From IMG/VR virus record IMGVR_UViG_3300025598_000143, positions 1 through 27,288 of that record: DNA of 27,288 bases, one strand, 5' to 3'. Position 1 is the first letter of the stretch. The number at the start of each line of letters is the position of its first letter. Shown in pieces: positions 1 to 8,623 of the stretch. Position numbers and translations under genes: made by a program. The DNA comes from a virus (Duplodnaviria > Caudoviricetes). The notes beneath the pieces were generated by a model that did not search any database, was not told the DNA's origin, and was given only the letters and a program-made list of their open reading frames with translations.

Positions 1-1
1 T

Positions 2-733
2 CTTGGTGCATCTTCTGGTGTGTATATTGGCTCCCAATTGACCACGACCGGAACTTCATCAACGGTTGGTAACGGACAAACTGGTACTTATCAGCTTAGT
101 CAGAACGTGACTTTCACGTCTGGAACGGTCACTTTGGCTTATCCAAACGTGCAACAGTGCGCTATTCCAACAAACATCCAGACTCCTTCAATCTGGTTGT
201 GGAATCCAATGGCTATGGTTGGCCGCGCAGTAAGTGTTACTGCGGCAGCAAGTGCTACTGCTACAACCGCGACTGTTAACGGCTACGATGTCTACGGATA
301 TCCAATGTCGGAAAACATTACGATTTCGGCAGGTAACGCTGTTAACGGTAAGAAAGCATTCAAGTACATCAAGAGTGTTGTTCTTAACGCTGCTGATGCT
401 ACACATGCTTACTCCGTTGGTACAACCGCAATTGTTGGCCTTCCTGTTCGTTCGGATACGGCTGCTGAAGTTGTAGTAAATTCTGGTAACTCTCAGACTG
501 TTTTGAGTGTTAACACGGGTTTTGCTGCAAACGGATTCTTACCTGCTGACCGTACTACACCGTCCGCAACAACGGGCGATGTCCGTGGCACGATTGACCT
601 TGCGAATGCGTCGGGTGTTAATCTTACGCCTTCCACTGGCACGAACAAGTATTCGTTCCGCCAGATTCCGCAAGCCTACAATGTTCAGTCTGCAACTGGC
701 TTGTTTGGTTTAACCCAGTATTACAACTTTTAA
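2..733 (+). CDS. Virion structural protein (5'-truncated by window edge)
   Basis: Frame is open from base 2 (LGASSGVYIG...), so the GTG at 20 is probably internal. The product is Thr/Ser/Gly/Asn-rich and beta-rich with GYDVYGYPMSENIT, and lies at the head of a structural module. Confidence 0.65.
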   Translation, partial: LGASSGVYIGSQLTTTGTSSTVGNGQTGTYQLSQNVTFTSGTVTLAYPNVQQCAIPTNIQTPSIWLWNPMAMVGRAVSVTAAASATATTATVNGYDVYGYPMSENITISAGNAVNGKKAFKYIKSVVLNAADATHAYSVGTTAIVGLPVRSDTAAEVVVNSGNSQTVLSVNTGFAANGFLPADRTTPSATTGDVRGTIDLANASGVNLTPSTGTNKYSFRQIPQAYNVQSATGLFGLTQYYNF

Positions 734-743
734 GGAGTAACCC

Positions 744-1163
744 ATGAAGCATCATTCTGAACATCATGGTCACCATGCTCATGGCGGTCATGCTCATCAC
801 ATGGTTAAGAAGCATTCTATGCATACGATGAAACGTGCTGCCCACAAAAAGGGTGGTAAGGTTGAGTCGCCAATGCATGGTGAAGTAGACGAAGATCCAA
901 CGCCAAAGGAAGTTTACGCTGGCGCTGGTTCGCATACCGTACACGAAGCAGAAGAAAAGCATGCCGCCCGTAAACGCGGTGGCCGTACTCACAAGGCGCA
1001 TAAGCACCTTGAAATGCACGGCAAGCATGCTCATCACCGCCTTGACCGCCCTGCCCGTAAATCGGGTGGCGCAGTTGCTGGCGGCGCTGAAATGCGTCCT
1101 TTCTCCGCAGCCAACAAGGTTAAGACCCCTGCTGGCCGTATGGTGGAGCCGGGGGAGTCGTAA
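744..1163 (+). CDS. His/Lys-rich small basic protein with four x-[A/K]-x-GG motifs (putative internal head protein)
   Basis: AAGGAG RBS at 732-737. 24 His in 139 aa by hand count. Motifs are HAHGG, HKKGGKV, RKRGGRT and RKSGGAV. Confidence 0.8.
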   Translation: MKHHSEHHGHHAHGGHAHHMVKKHSMHTMKRAAHKKGGKVESPMHGEVDEDPTPKEVYAGAGSHTVHEAEEKHAARKRGGRTHKAHKHLEMHGKHAHHRLDRPARKSGGAVAGGAEMRPFSAANKVKTPAGRMVEPGES

Positions 1164-1366
1164 GCCGTCAGCATCATGCTGATGGCGGCGGAGCGAAGTG
1201 GATTCAGGGTGCTATCAAGCATCCCGGTGCGCTTCACCGACAACTTCACGTTCCGGCGGGGGAGAAAATCCCCGCCAAGAAGTTAGCTAAGGCGGCGCAT
1301 AGCACGAACCCTACTCTTGCTAAACGCGCCAAACTTGCTCAGACGTTGAAGAAAATGCACGATTAA
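1160..1366 (+). CDS. Small basic phage protein (...SRQHHADGGGAKWIQGAIKHPGALHRQLHVPAGEKIPAKKLAKAAHSTNPTLAKRAKLAQTLKKMHD); start undefined
   Basis: Not in the ORF track. The frame is open 1124-1366 and fills the gap exactly. The WIQxAIKxPGAL...KIPxxKL...KRAxLAxTL pattern resembles small proteins I recall from phage structural regions. No ATG/GTG/TTG precedes the conserved part, so the start coordinate is provisional. Confidence 0.65.
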   Translation, partial: VSRQHHADGGGAKWIQGAIKHPGALHRQLHVPAGEKIPAKKLAKAAHSTNPTLAKRAKLAQTLKKMHD

Positions 1367-1369
1367 GTG

Positions 1370-1394
1370 GGGGGCTGCGGCCCCCTTCTTTCTT
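1370..1394 (+). terminator. Putative Rho-independent terminator or attenuator
   Basis: GGGGGC-TGCG-GCCCCC stem-loop (1370-1385) followed by TTCTTTCTT, just after the TAA at 1364-1366. Confidence 0.6.
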
Positions 1395-1405
1395 CGGAGG
1401 ACCAT

Positions 1406-1651
1406 ATGACTGCTGCATGGACAAGATCAGAAGGCAAATCCCCATCCGGTGGCTTAAATGCCAAAGGACGGGCTTCATATCATTCTGAAACGGGCGGAAC
1501 CTTAAAGGCTCCAACGAAAGATACGCATAACTCCCGGCACAAGTCATTTTGCAGCCGGATGGAAGGGATGCGGTCTAAAATGACGAATCACAAAAATGCA
1601 CATGATCCTGAAAGCAGGGTTAACAAAGCACTTAGAAAATGGGGTTGCTAA
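1406..1651 (+). CDS. Conserved small basic phage protein (DUF6321-like, from recall)
   Basis: GGAGG at 1396-1400 supports ATG 1406 rather than GTG 1367. Pattern is AWxRxEGKxPxGGLNAKGRASY...RxKSFCxRM...SRxNKALRKWxC. Confidence 0.75.
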   Translation: MTAAWTRSEGKSPSGGLNAKGRASYHSETGGTLKAPTKDTHNSRHKSFCSRMEGMRSKMTNHKNAHDPESRVNKALRKWGC

Positions 1652-1652
1652 C

Positions 1653-1733
1653 ATGGTTGTAGGTTTATCATTCGGTGAAATTGTCAATGTTATCCTTTCC
1701 GGCATCATTATTATTTTATTGGTGCAAAAATAA
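1653..1733 (+). CDS. 26-aa hydrophobic peptide MVVGLSFGEIVNVILSGIIIILLVQK (single TM helix)
   Basis: Starts 1 nt after the upstream stop, and its TAA overlaps the next ATG (TAATG). Fills the gap exactly. Below the ORF-track cutoff. Confidence 0.5.
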   Translation: MVVGLSFGEIVNVILSGIIIILLVQK

Positions 1734-1897
1734 TGGAAAAGAAACCTTTTTGGGAGCATCCTGCTGAAAAAGATGCACACCACAAACATTTAACCACCAA
1801 ACAGAAATCTCTTGCAAAAGCACATGCACGGGCGGCTGGCCGTCCCTACCCAAATCTGGTAGATAATGCAGCAATAGCACGTAAAAAGGGTAAATAA
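1733..1897 (+). CDS. 54-aa basic protein MEKKPFWEHPAEKDAHHKHLTTKQKSLAKAHARAAGRPYPNLVDNAAIARKKGK
   Basis: TAATG coupling at the start; the stop is 2 nt before the next ATG at 1900. AAGRPYPNLVDN resembles a recurring small phage protein. Below the ORF-track cutoff. Confidence 0.7.
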   Translation: MEKKPFWEHPAEKDAHHKHLTTKQKSLAKAHARAAGRPYPNLVDNAAIARKKGK

Positions 1898-1899
1898 TT

Positions 1900-2715
1900 A
1901 TGACCAGTCAAGCCTTTGTCATTAACGATTCTGTTACTAAACGTGGCTTACATGAGCCTTTTGAATTGCAGGTTGCACGTAACCAAATTACGGGTCATCA
2001 GCCTGTTGAGATTTTTGGGTACAGCACACAAGTTGCAGGGACTGCCCTTGGCCCATTGTGGGAAGGTTTGACGCAATCTGGCGGCGCATACGCGTACCCA
2101 AGTTCTGCTGGTCAAATTGTTCTTCTTAGCGCATCTGGCGCAACGGATGCTGGCTTAATTGTTCAAGTTAATGGTTTGGATTCAAGTTTTAACGTTCTTT
2201 CGGAACTTGTAACATTAAACGGGTCCGGAACAGCAACCACCACTAATTCTTATTATCGCATTAACGGGCTGTTTGTTACTAATGGTTTAAATGCGGGCAT
2301 TATTACCGCTAAAATTTCAACCGTTCTTTACGCGCAAATTAATGCGGGTATTGGTCAGACGCAAATGTCAATTTATACGGTTCCAAATGGTTTTACGTTT
2401 TATTTGACATATGTTCAAGGTAACGCCAGCATTGGGTTTACATCCAGCAACTACATGCTTTATGCGGAATCAAATAAATTTAACCTTTCCGGCACAGTTG
2501 TTGAAAATGGATACACTTATACGGTGAATGGCAATACAACTTTGCTTTCTCAATCTCCGTTTGTGCAAATTTTTAATATTCCATACACGATTGCTCCAGC
2601 GCACCCCGGCGGCACAGATATTCAATTTCAAATGAAATCTAACACTGGCGGTCCATTTGTTGGGTCAATTTTTGCGGGCGGCTATTTAGTAGCAAACGAC
2701 GGTACTATCTTCTAA
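1900..2715 (+). CDS. Putative virion structural protein (beta-rich)
   Basis: 271-aa ORF, tightly packed, Gly/Thr/Asn-rich. It contains a 'VNGLD...SELVTLNG' segment loosely similar to 'VNGYD...SENITISAG' of the first ORF. Confidence 0.65.
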   Translation: MTSQAFVINDSVTKRGLHEPFELQVARNQITGHQPVEIFGYSTQVAGTALGPLWEGLTQSGGAYAYPSSAGQIVLLSASGATDAGLIVQVNGLDSSFNVLSELVTLNGSGTATTTNSYYRINGLFVTNGLNAGIITAKISTVLYAQINAGIGQTQMSIYTVPNGFTFYLTYVQGNASIGFTSSNYMLYAESNKFNLSGTVVENGYTYTVNGNTTLLSQSPFVQIFNIPYTIAPAHPGGTDIQFQMKSNTGGPFVGSIFAGGYLVANDGTIF

Positions 2716-2724
2716 GGATAGAAA

Positions 2725-3423
2725 ATGACCACCAGCGGCACTTATACGTTTAATCCGTCGCTTGGCGAAATCGTCTTGAATGCGTATGCACGTTGCGGTG
2801 TACGCAGGACCGCTATTATGCAAGAGCATATGACGGATGCACGATTTGAAACCAACCTCATGCTTGCCTCTTGGGCTAACCAAGGGGTTAACTTGTGGGA
2901 AGTTGTGCTTATTTCCGTGCCATTGGTGCAGGGCCAAACGACATATACGGTCCCGCAAAAGGTTGTGATGATTCTTGATGCCGTTATTCAGCAGAATACT
3001 GGCACTTCATCGCAGTTTGACCGTGTTATTATGCCTATTTCCCGCACAGAATACAGCCAAACGCCTAATAAGTTGCAGCAAGCACCGCCTACGGTGTTCT
3101 GGTTTGACCGCTTAATTAACCCAACGGTTACATTGTGGCCCGTTCCGGATCAGAGCAATGTTTATACATTGAACTATTATGCGGTTACGCAAATTCAAGA
3201 TGCTGAATTAACGGACGCACAGACGGTTGACATCCCCTACCGCTGGATGGACGCCTTGGCATCTGGCTTGGCAGCACGTTTGGCGGCTATTTATGCTCCA
3301 GAACGCATGCAGATGTTGGAGGCCAAGGCCCAACAAGCGTATATGATAGCTGCTACACAGGATACGGAAAACGTTCCCTTGTATATCATGCCCGGACTTT
3401 CTGGCTACTTTAGGGTGTCGTAG
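2725..3423 (+). CDS. Putative head-tail adaptor/connector protein
   Basis: AAGGA RBS. MTTSGTYTFN start, NLMLASWANQGVNLW and DIPYRWMDALASGLA motifs resemble podovirus adaptor/tail-accessory proteins; position is consistent. Confidence 0.6.
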   Translation: MTTSGTYTFNPSLGEIVLNAYARCGVRRTAIMQEHMTDARFETNLMLASWANQGVNLWEVVLISVPLVQGQTTYTVPQKVVMILDAVIQQNTGTSSQFDRVIMPISRTEYSQTPNKLQQAPPTVFWFDRLINPTVTLWPVPDQSNVYTLNYYAVTQIQDAELTDAQTVDIPYRWMDALASGLAARLAAIYAPERMQMLEAKAQQAYMIAATQDTENVPLYIMPGLSGYFRVS

Positions 3424-3425
3424 TC

Positions 3426-4157
3426 ATGGCGTACCGTCCCCACGGCCATGCTTTTGTTAATCCAAGCGCACCATCGGCATGGGGGCGGTGTGATCGTTGC
3501 GGCTTTATTTACAACCATAAAGCGTTGAAATTCCAATTTGATTACCGGGGTCCGCAATTACAGAACCTGCGGTTTTTGGTGTGCGAAAAATGCTATGACA
3601 AGCCACAGGCTCAGTTAAAGCCAATTTTGACTACACAAGACCCAATTCCTGTGTTGAACGCCCGCCCTGATTCGTATGACATATACAACACCAGCAATCT
3701 GGCGGAACCCGGCTTTACGGTTAATGCCCAAACAGGCATTCCTGTTCCCGCTAACGTAGATTTGATTACGGAAAGCGGTCAGAATCTTACGGTTCAGCCA
3801 ATTGGGAAACCAGCGGACCTTGATCCAAATGCATTGATGCCGCTCATTAACCAAACGGTTTTTGATGTTCTTTTGCCCGTAACATCTATTACGGCATTTG
3901 GAACAACTACTATCCAAGTAACTACTTCCTCCGCACATAACCTTGTAACTGGTAGCCAAGTATCAGTTACGGGAACAACAGATAATAATGCGATGGGAAT
4001 GTACAGTGTTACAGTAAGTGGATCGCAAACCGTTTTTACATATCAAGCCAATTCTGCTATACCTTCTGGTGGACTTTTGGGGGCAAATACACGTATAGTG
4101 ACTGCGTCCGTTGGTATACCGCCGCAGTACACACAAATTGTTCAGACAGGTGCGTAA
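3426..4157 (+). CDS. Virion-associated protein with N-terminal CxxC...CxxC zinc-binding motif and C-terminal beta domain
   Basis: CDRCGF...VCEKCYD at the N-terminus. The C-terminal VTTSSAHNLVTGSQVSVTG...GMYSVTV...FTY resembles FCCH-like beta-barrel repeats of phage tail proteins. Confidence 0.6.
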   Translation: MAYRPHGHAFVNPSAPSAWGRCDRCGFIYNHKALKFQFDYRGPQLQNLRFLVCEKCYDKPQAQLKPILTTQDPIPVLNARPDSYDIYNTSNLAEPGFTVNAQTGIPVPANVDLITESGQNLTVQPIGKPADLDPNALMPLINQTVFDVLLPVTSITAFGTTTIQVTTSSAHNLVTGSQVSVTGTTDNNAMGMYSVTVSGSQTVFTYQANSAIPSGGLLGANTRIVTASVGIPPQYTQIVQTGA

Positions 4158-7100
4158 ATGTCAAATGTTTCCATTTCCAATTTACCATCTGTAACATCGG
4201 CGCAATCCAGTAGCCAAGTTCCTGCGGTACAAGCGGGAACTACCGTTTATCTGACCGTAGACCAGATTGCGCGATATACGCAGCAAACGTACCCAATTAC
4301 GGGCATTACTTCTATTACCGCTCAATCTCCGTTATCTGGCGGCACTATTACGTCGTCTGGAACGATTGGCTTAACAACGGGTAATTTGACCAATAATTAT
4401 TTGGCAAATATGCCCTCCAACACAATTAAAGGGAACAATACTGGTTCCTCTGCTACGCCTTTGGATTTGACTGCTGCACAAGTGCTTTCAATGATTGGCG
4501 CAGGAACTGTTTCTTATGTAGCTACAGGTTCTGGTCTATCTGGCGGTCCAATTACAACTACTGGTACAATTTCTATTGCCGCCACAGGTGTTACATCTGG
4601 AACTTACGGATCAGCATCTACCGTTCCTGTAATTGCGATTAATTCGCAAGGGCAAATTTCATCCGCGGCCAATACCAATATTTTGATTCCATCGGGTCAA
4701 GTTACTGGCCTTGGAACAATGGCGACGCAAAATGCAAGTTCTGTTGCTATTACTGGCGGTAACATCAATGGTACTACCATTGGCGGGACAACTCCGGCAG
4801 CGGCTACGTTTACGGCGCTTACAGCAACGGGTACAACCAATCTTGGTACAATTGCATCCGGCACATGGAATGGTACTGCCATTGCTATAGCTTATGGCGG
4901 TACGGGTGCTACAACTGCATCAGGTGCGCGAACAAATCTTGGGGCGGCTGCTTCTGGCGCAAATAGCGATATTACCAGTCTGACTGGTCTGACTACTCCT
5001 CTTGCTGAAACAGAGGGCGGAACAGGTTATGGATCGTATACAACAGGTGACATTCTTTATGCTGCGTCATCTTCCACCTTGGCCCGTCTTAATGACGTGG
5101 CTACTGGCAATGCTCTTATTTCTGGAGGGGTCGGTGTTGCTCCGTCTTATGGTAAAATTGGTCTTACTACTCATGTAAGCGGCACATTGCCTGTTGCCAA
5201 TGGCGGTACGGGCGCGACCACATTAACGGGTTATCTTGTAGGCAATGGAACAAGCGCAGTAACGGCTGTGTCTACAATTCCAAATGCCGGGCTAACCAAC
5301 TCATCCATTACAATTGGTTCAACCGCAATTTCACTGGGCGCTTCAGCATCCACGTTGGCAGGTTTGACAACAGTTACGGTTACGCAAGACCCAGTTTCTG
5401 CATTGCAGTTGTCCACCAAGCAATATGTTGACGGCCAAGTCGCATCGGTCAGCAATACGACCTACCACACTGCGGCGGCTGCGGCGACAACCGCCAATTT
5501 AACTGCAACTTACAACAACGGAACTGCTGGTGTTGGCGCGACGTTGACCAATAGTGGGGCGCAAGCGGCATTTGCGGTTGATGGTTATACCGCATCGTTG
5601 AATGATCGCATCCTTGTTAAGGATATGACGACTGCCGCTTATAACGGCATTTACACGGTTACTACGGTTGGTTCCGGCGCGACAAACTGGGTTTTGACCC
5701 GCGCAACTGACTTTAATACAGTTGGCACTGGCCCTAATTACATTGAAACTGGCGCTGGTGTATTTGTTTCTGGCGGCACAACATGGGGTTCAACCTCATG
5801 GGTGATGAATACAACTGGCACGATTACGGTTGGTTCTACGTCCCTTGTGTGGGTACAGACATCGTCGGCAGGTAACATTGCTGTATCTGCGCCAATTACC
5901 AAGACGGGCAATACCATCGGCCTTGGCACGGTAGGCGTTGCAAATGGTGGCACAGGTTTAACGTCATTAACGGCATATGCGGTATTGTATGCCGCAAGCA
6001 CGTCATCCGTAGGCCAGATATCGCCATCCACTACGGGTTACCCGCTGCTTTCTACGGGCGCTTCAACGGCTCCTGCGTTTGGTCAGTTGTCCTTAACGGC
6101 GGGTGTGACGGGTACGTTGCCCGTTGGCAATGGCGGCACGGGTACGGCAACAGCGTTTACCACCGGATCGGTTGTATTTGCGGGAGCGTCTGGCGTATAT
6201 ACGCAGAACAATAGCAAGTTTTTCTGGGACAATACTAACTTCCGTCTTGGTTTAAATACCGCTACACCACAAACGACCTTAACAATAGTTTCTGCCACCC
6301 AATCTACAACGCCAACTGCGTCACTCCCAGCAGGTACGGACCTGTATATTGTCGGCGCAAATGCTGCCAATACCCGCATCACGCAAGACGCTTATGGTAC
6401 TGGTGTCTACGGTGTGTTTACGGCACGGCAAGCCCGTGGCACAGCGGCATCTCCTACTGCATCGCAATCCGGCGATTTCTTGGCGCAGTTTACGGCCCGT
6501 GGTTATGGTGCGACTGGATTTGGCACAGCATCTACGGGTTACATTGCATTTTCTGCGGCGGAAAACTTCACGGATACGGCGCAGGGTACGTATGCGGGTA
6601 TTTACACAACACCAACGGGCAGCAACTCAATTGCTGAAGTATTTCGGTTTGGCCCGGCTGGCCAATTAGGTATTGGCGGCGCTACATACGGCACGTCTGG
6701 TTATGTACTTACTTCTGGCGGCGCATCTGCTGCTCCAACGTGGTCGCAAGTTTCTGCTACGGCTCTTAGTGGCACGGTTCCAGTTGCCAACGGTGGTACT
6801 GGTCTTACGACTTATGCGGTTGGTGATCTTCTTTATGCTTCCGGCACAACAACTTTGTCCCGTCTTGCGGATGTAGCAACGGGTAACGTGTTATTGTCCG
6901 GCGGCGTGGGCGTGGCTCCTTCGTGGGGTCAAGTCTCCCTTACAACGGCTGTTACTGGTACGCTTCCCGCCACAAATGGTGGTACAGGTCAAGCATCCTA
7001 TACCATTGGCGATCTGCTTTACGCATCATCAACTACGGCACTTTCCCGCCTGTCTGATGTTGCCACGGGTTCTGTTCTTGTGTCTGGCGGCACGTCCACT

Positions 7101-8612
7101 GCTCCAGCATGGTCATCGTCGCCAACAATCACTGGCACAACAACGTCTGGCTACTTCATTGCGAACGGTGCGATTACATCGTCCCTTAATGCTGGTGCTT
7201 ATTCCTATGGTACGTTGGCTTATTCTGACACTAACATCTTCTTGTCGCTTACCTCATCGGTGAATAGTTACAACCAAATGGTATTGCAAAATACCAATTC
7301 AGGTTCCTCTGCTTCTACTAACTTCATCGTTTCCAATAATAACGGAACCAACAGCACGTACTTTGGTGAATTTGGTATGAATTCATCAGGGTTCACGGGT
7401 TCTGGTGCATTCAACGGTGCAAATAACGTATATTTGGATGCAACATCTGCTGATCTTGTAATTGGAACAACGACTGCAAACGCTGTCCACTTTGTCGTGA
7501 ACAGCGGCGCGACTGACGCAATGACTATTGCATCCGGCGGGACAGTGACAATTGGTACGCTTAACCTTACCAATGCGCTTGGCACGGCCTACGGCGGTAC
7601 AGGCCTTACGTCGTTTACCTCTGGCGGCGCGGTTTATGCGACATCTACGTCCGCATTAACAACCGGAACGCTTCCAATCGCATCGGGCGGCACGAATAGC
7701 ACCGCAACCCCAACTGCTGGCGGTGTTGGATACGGCACGGGTACGGCTCATGCCTATTCTGCGGCGGGTACTTCTGGACAGCCTTTGATTTCTGCGGGAT
7801 CAAGCGCACCTGCATTTGGAACGCTTGCCCTTGGTACGGCCAACACCAACGTAAGTGGTACGTTGACGGTTACTAACGGTGGTACAGGTGCTGCCACATT
7901 TACTGCCAACGGTGTTATTTACGGTAACACAACAAGTGCATTAGGCGTCACCGCCGCAGGTACTACTGGTCAGGTATTGATTGCCACGACAAGTTCCGCA
8001 CCTACGTGGGGTCAGGTATCATTAACTGCTGGTGTAACTGGTACATTGCCTGTCGCTAACGGCGGAACGGGTGCCACAACACTTACTGGTGTGCTTAAAG
8101 GCAACGGCACAAGCGCAATCACGGCGGCTACGGCAGGTACGGATTATGTTGCTCCGGGTACAGCCACGACATTTACCGCCACACAGACATTTTCTGGTTC
8201 GTCATCCGTTTTGGCGGCGATTGCTACCAACATTGCGGAAGTAGCAACTGTATCTGCAACGGCTGCTACGGGTACAATTAACTTTGACGTAACCACGCAG
8301 TCTGTCTTGTATTACACGTCATCTGCGGCGGCTAACTGGACACTGAATATACGCGGCAGTTCAGGAACGTCATTAAATACACTTATGTCTACGGGTCAGT
8401 CCATTACGATTGCGTTCTTAGTGACCAATGGTGCTACCGCCTATTACCAGACAGGTTTTACGATTGATGGAACATCCGTCACACCAAAGTGGCAGGGTGG
8501 TACGGCCCCATCAGCAGGTGACGCCAGTTCAGTTGACATATATACTTTTAGCATTGTTAAGACGGGTTCGGCTGCGTATACCGTCTTTGGCACAGTAACC
8601 AAGTTTGCATAA
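4158..8612 (+). CDS. Long tail fibre protein (1484 aa)
   Basis: Thr/Gly/Ser/Ala-rich with about 11 GTLPVANGGTG-type repeats, a DRILVKD...NGIY...WVLTRATD module and a C-terminal 141-aa beta domain. Confidence 0.85.
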   Translation: MSNVSISNLPSVTSAQSSSQVPAVQAGTTVYLTVDQIARYTQQTYPITGITSITAQSPLSGGTITSSGTIGLTTGNLTNNYLANMPSNTIKGNNTGSSATPLDLTAAQVLSMIGAGTVSYVATGSGLSGGPITTTGTISIAATGVTSGTYGSASTVPVIAINSQGQISSAANTNILIPSGQVTGLGTMATQNASSVAITGGNINGTTIGGTTPAAATFTALTATGTTNLGTIASGTWNGTAIAIAYGGTGATTASGARTNLGAAASGANSDITSLTGLTTPLAETEGGTGYGSYTTGDILYAASSSTLARLNDVATGNALISGGVGVAPSYGKIGLTTHVSGTLPVANGGTGATTLTGYLVGNGTSAVTAVSTIPNAGLTNSSITIGSTAISLGASASTLAGLTTVTVTQDPVSALQLSTKQYVDGQVASVSNTTYHTAAAAATTANLTATYNNGTAGVGATLTNSGAQAAFAVDGYTASLNDRILVKDMTTAAYNGIYTVTTVGSGATNWVLTRATDFNTVGTGPNYIETGAGVFVSGGTTWGSTSWVMNTTGTITVGSTSLVWVQTSSAGNIAVSAPITKTGNTIGLGTVGVANGGTGLTSLTAYAVLYAASTSSVGQISPSTTGYPLLSTGASTAPAFGQLSLTAGVTGTLPVGNGGTGTATAFTTGSVVFAGASGVYTQNNSKFFWDNTNFRLGLNTATPQTTLTIVSATQSTTPTASLPAGTDLYIVGANAANTRITQDAYGTGVYGVFTARQARGTAASPTASQSGDFLAQFTARGYGATGFGTASTGYIAFSAAENFTDTAQGTYAGIYTTPTGSNSIAEVFRFGPAGQLGIGGATYGTSGYVLTSGGASAAPTWSQVSATALSGTVPVANGGTGLTTYAVGDLLYASGTTTLSRLADVATGNVLLSGGVGVAPSWGQVSLTTAVTGTLPATNGGTGQASYTIGDLLYASSTTALSRLSDVATGSVLVSGGTSTAPAWSSSPTITGTTTSGYFIANGAITSSLNAGAYSYGTLAYSDTNIFLSLTSSVNSYNQMVLQNTNSGSSASTNFIVSNNNGTNSTYFGEFGMNSSGFTGSGAFNGANNVYLDATSADLVIGTTTANAVHFVVNSGATDAMTIASGGTVTIGTLNLTNALGTAYGGTGLTSFTSGGAVYATSTSALTTGTLPIASGGTNSTATPTAGGVGYGTGTAHAYSAAGTSGQPLISAGSSAPAFGTLALGTANTNVSGTLTVTNGGTGAATFTANGVIYGNTTSALGVTAAGTTGQVLIATTSSAPTWGQVSLTAGVTGTLPVANGGTGATTLTGVLKGNGTSAITAATAGTDYVAPGTATTFTATQTFSGSSSVLAAIATNIAEVATVSATAATGTINFDVTTQSVLYYTSSAAANWTLNIRGSSGTSLNTLMSTGQSITIAFLVTNGATAYYQTGFTIDGTSVTPKWQGGTAPSAGDASSVDIYTFSIVKTGSAAYTVFGTVTKFA
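4872..8075 (+). repeat. Degenerate protein-level repeats (GTLPVANGGTG and the longer GDLLYAS..TxLSRLxDVATGxxLxSGG unit) in the tail fibre
   Basis: Short motif near 4872, 4995, 5180, 5925, 6110, 6770, 6957, 7572, 7665, 7857 and 8040; longer unit near 5040, 6815 and 7000. Coordinates are approximate and the DNA is diverged at synonymous sites. Confidence 0.8.
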
Positions 8613-8623
8613 GGATAAGACGG

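Noticed and set aside
1367-1405. GTG start at 1367
   Set aside because: It runs through the hairpin; the GGAGG RBS supports ATG 1406.
4872-8075. Tail fibre VANGGTG repeats as instances of the GG processing motif
   Set aside because: They share A-x-G-G but are followed by TG, lack the basic context and +2 hydrophobic residue, and belong to a structural fibre repeat. They do show that GG alone is weak evidence.
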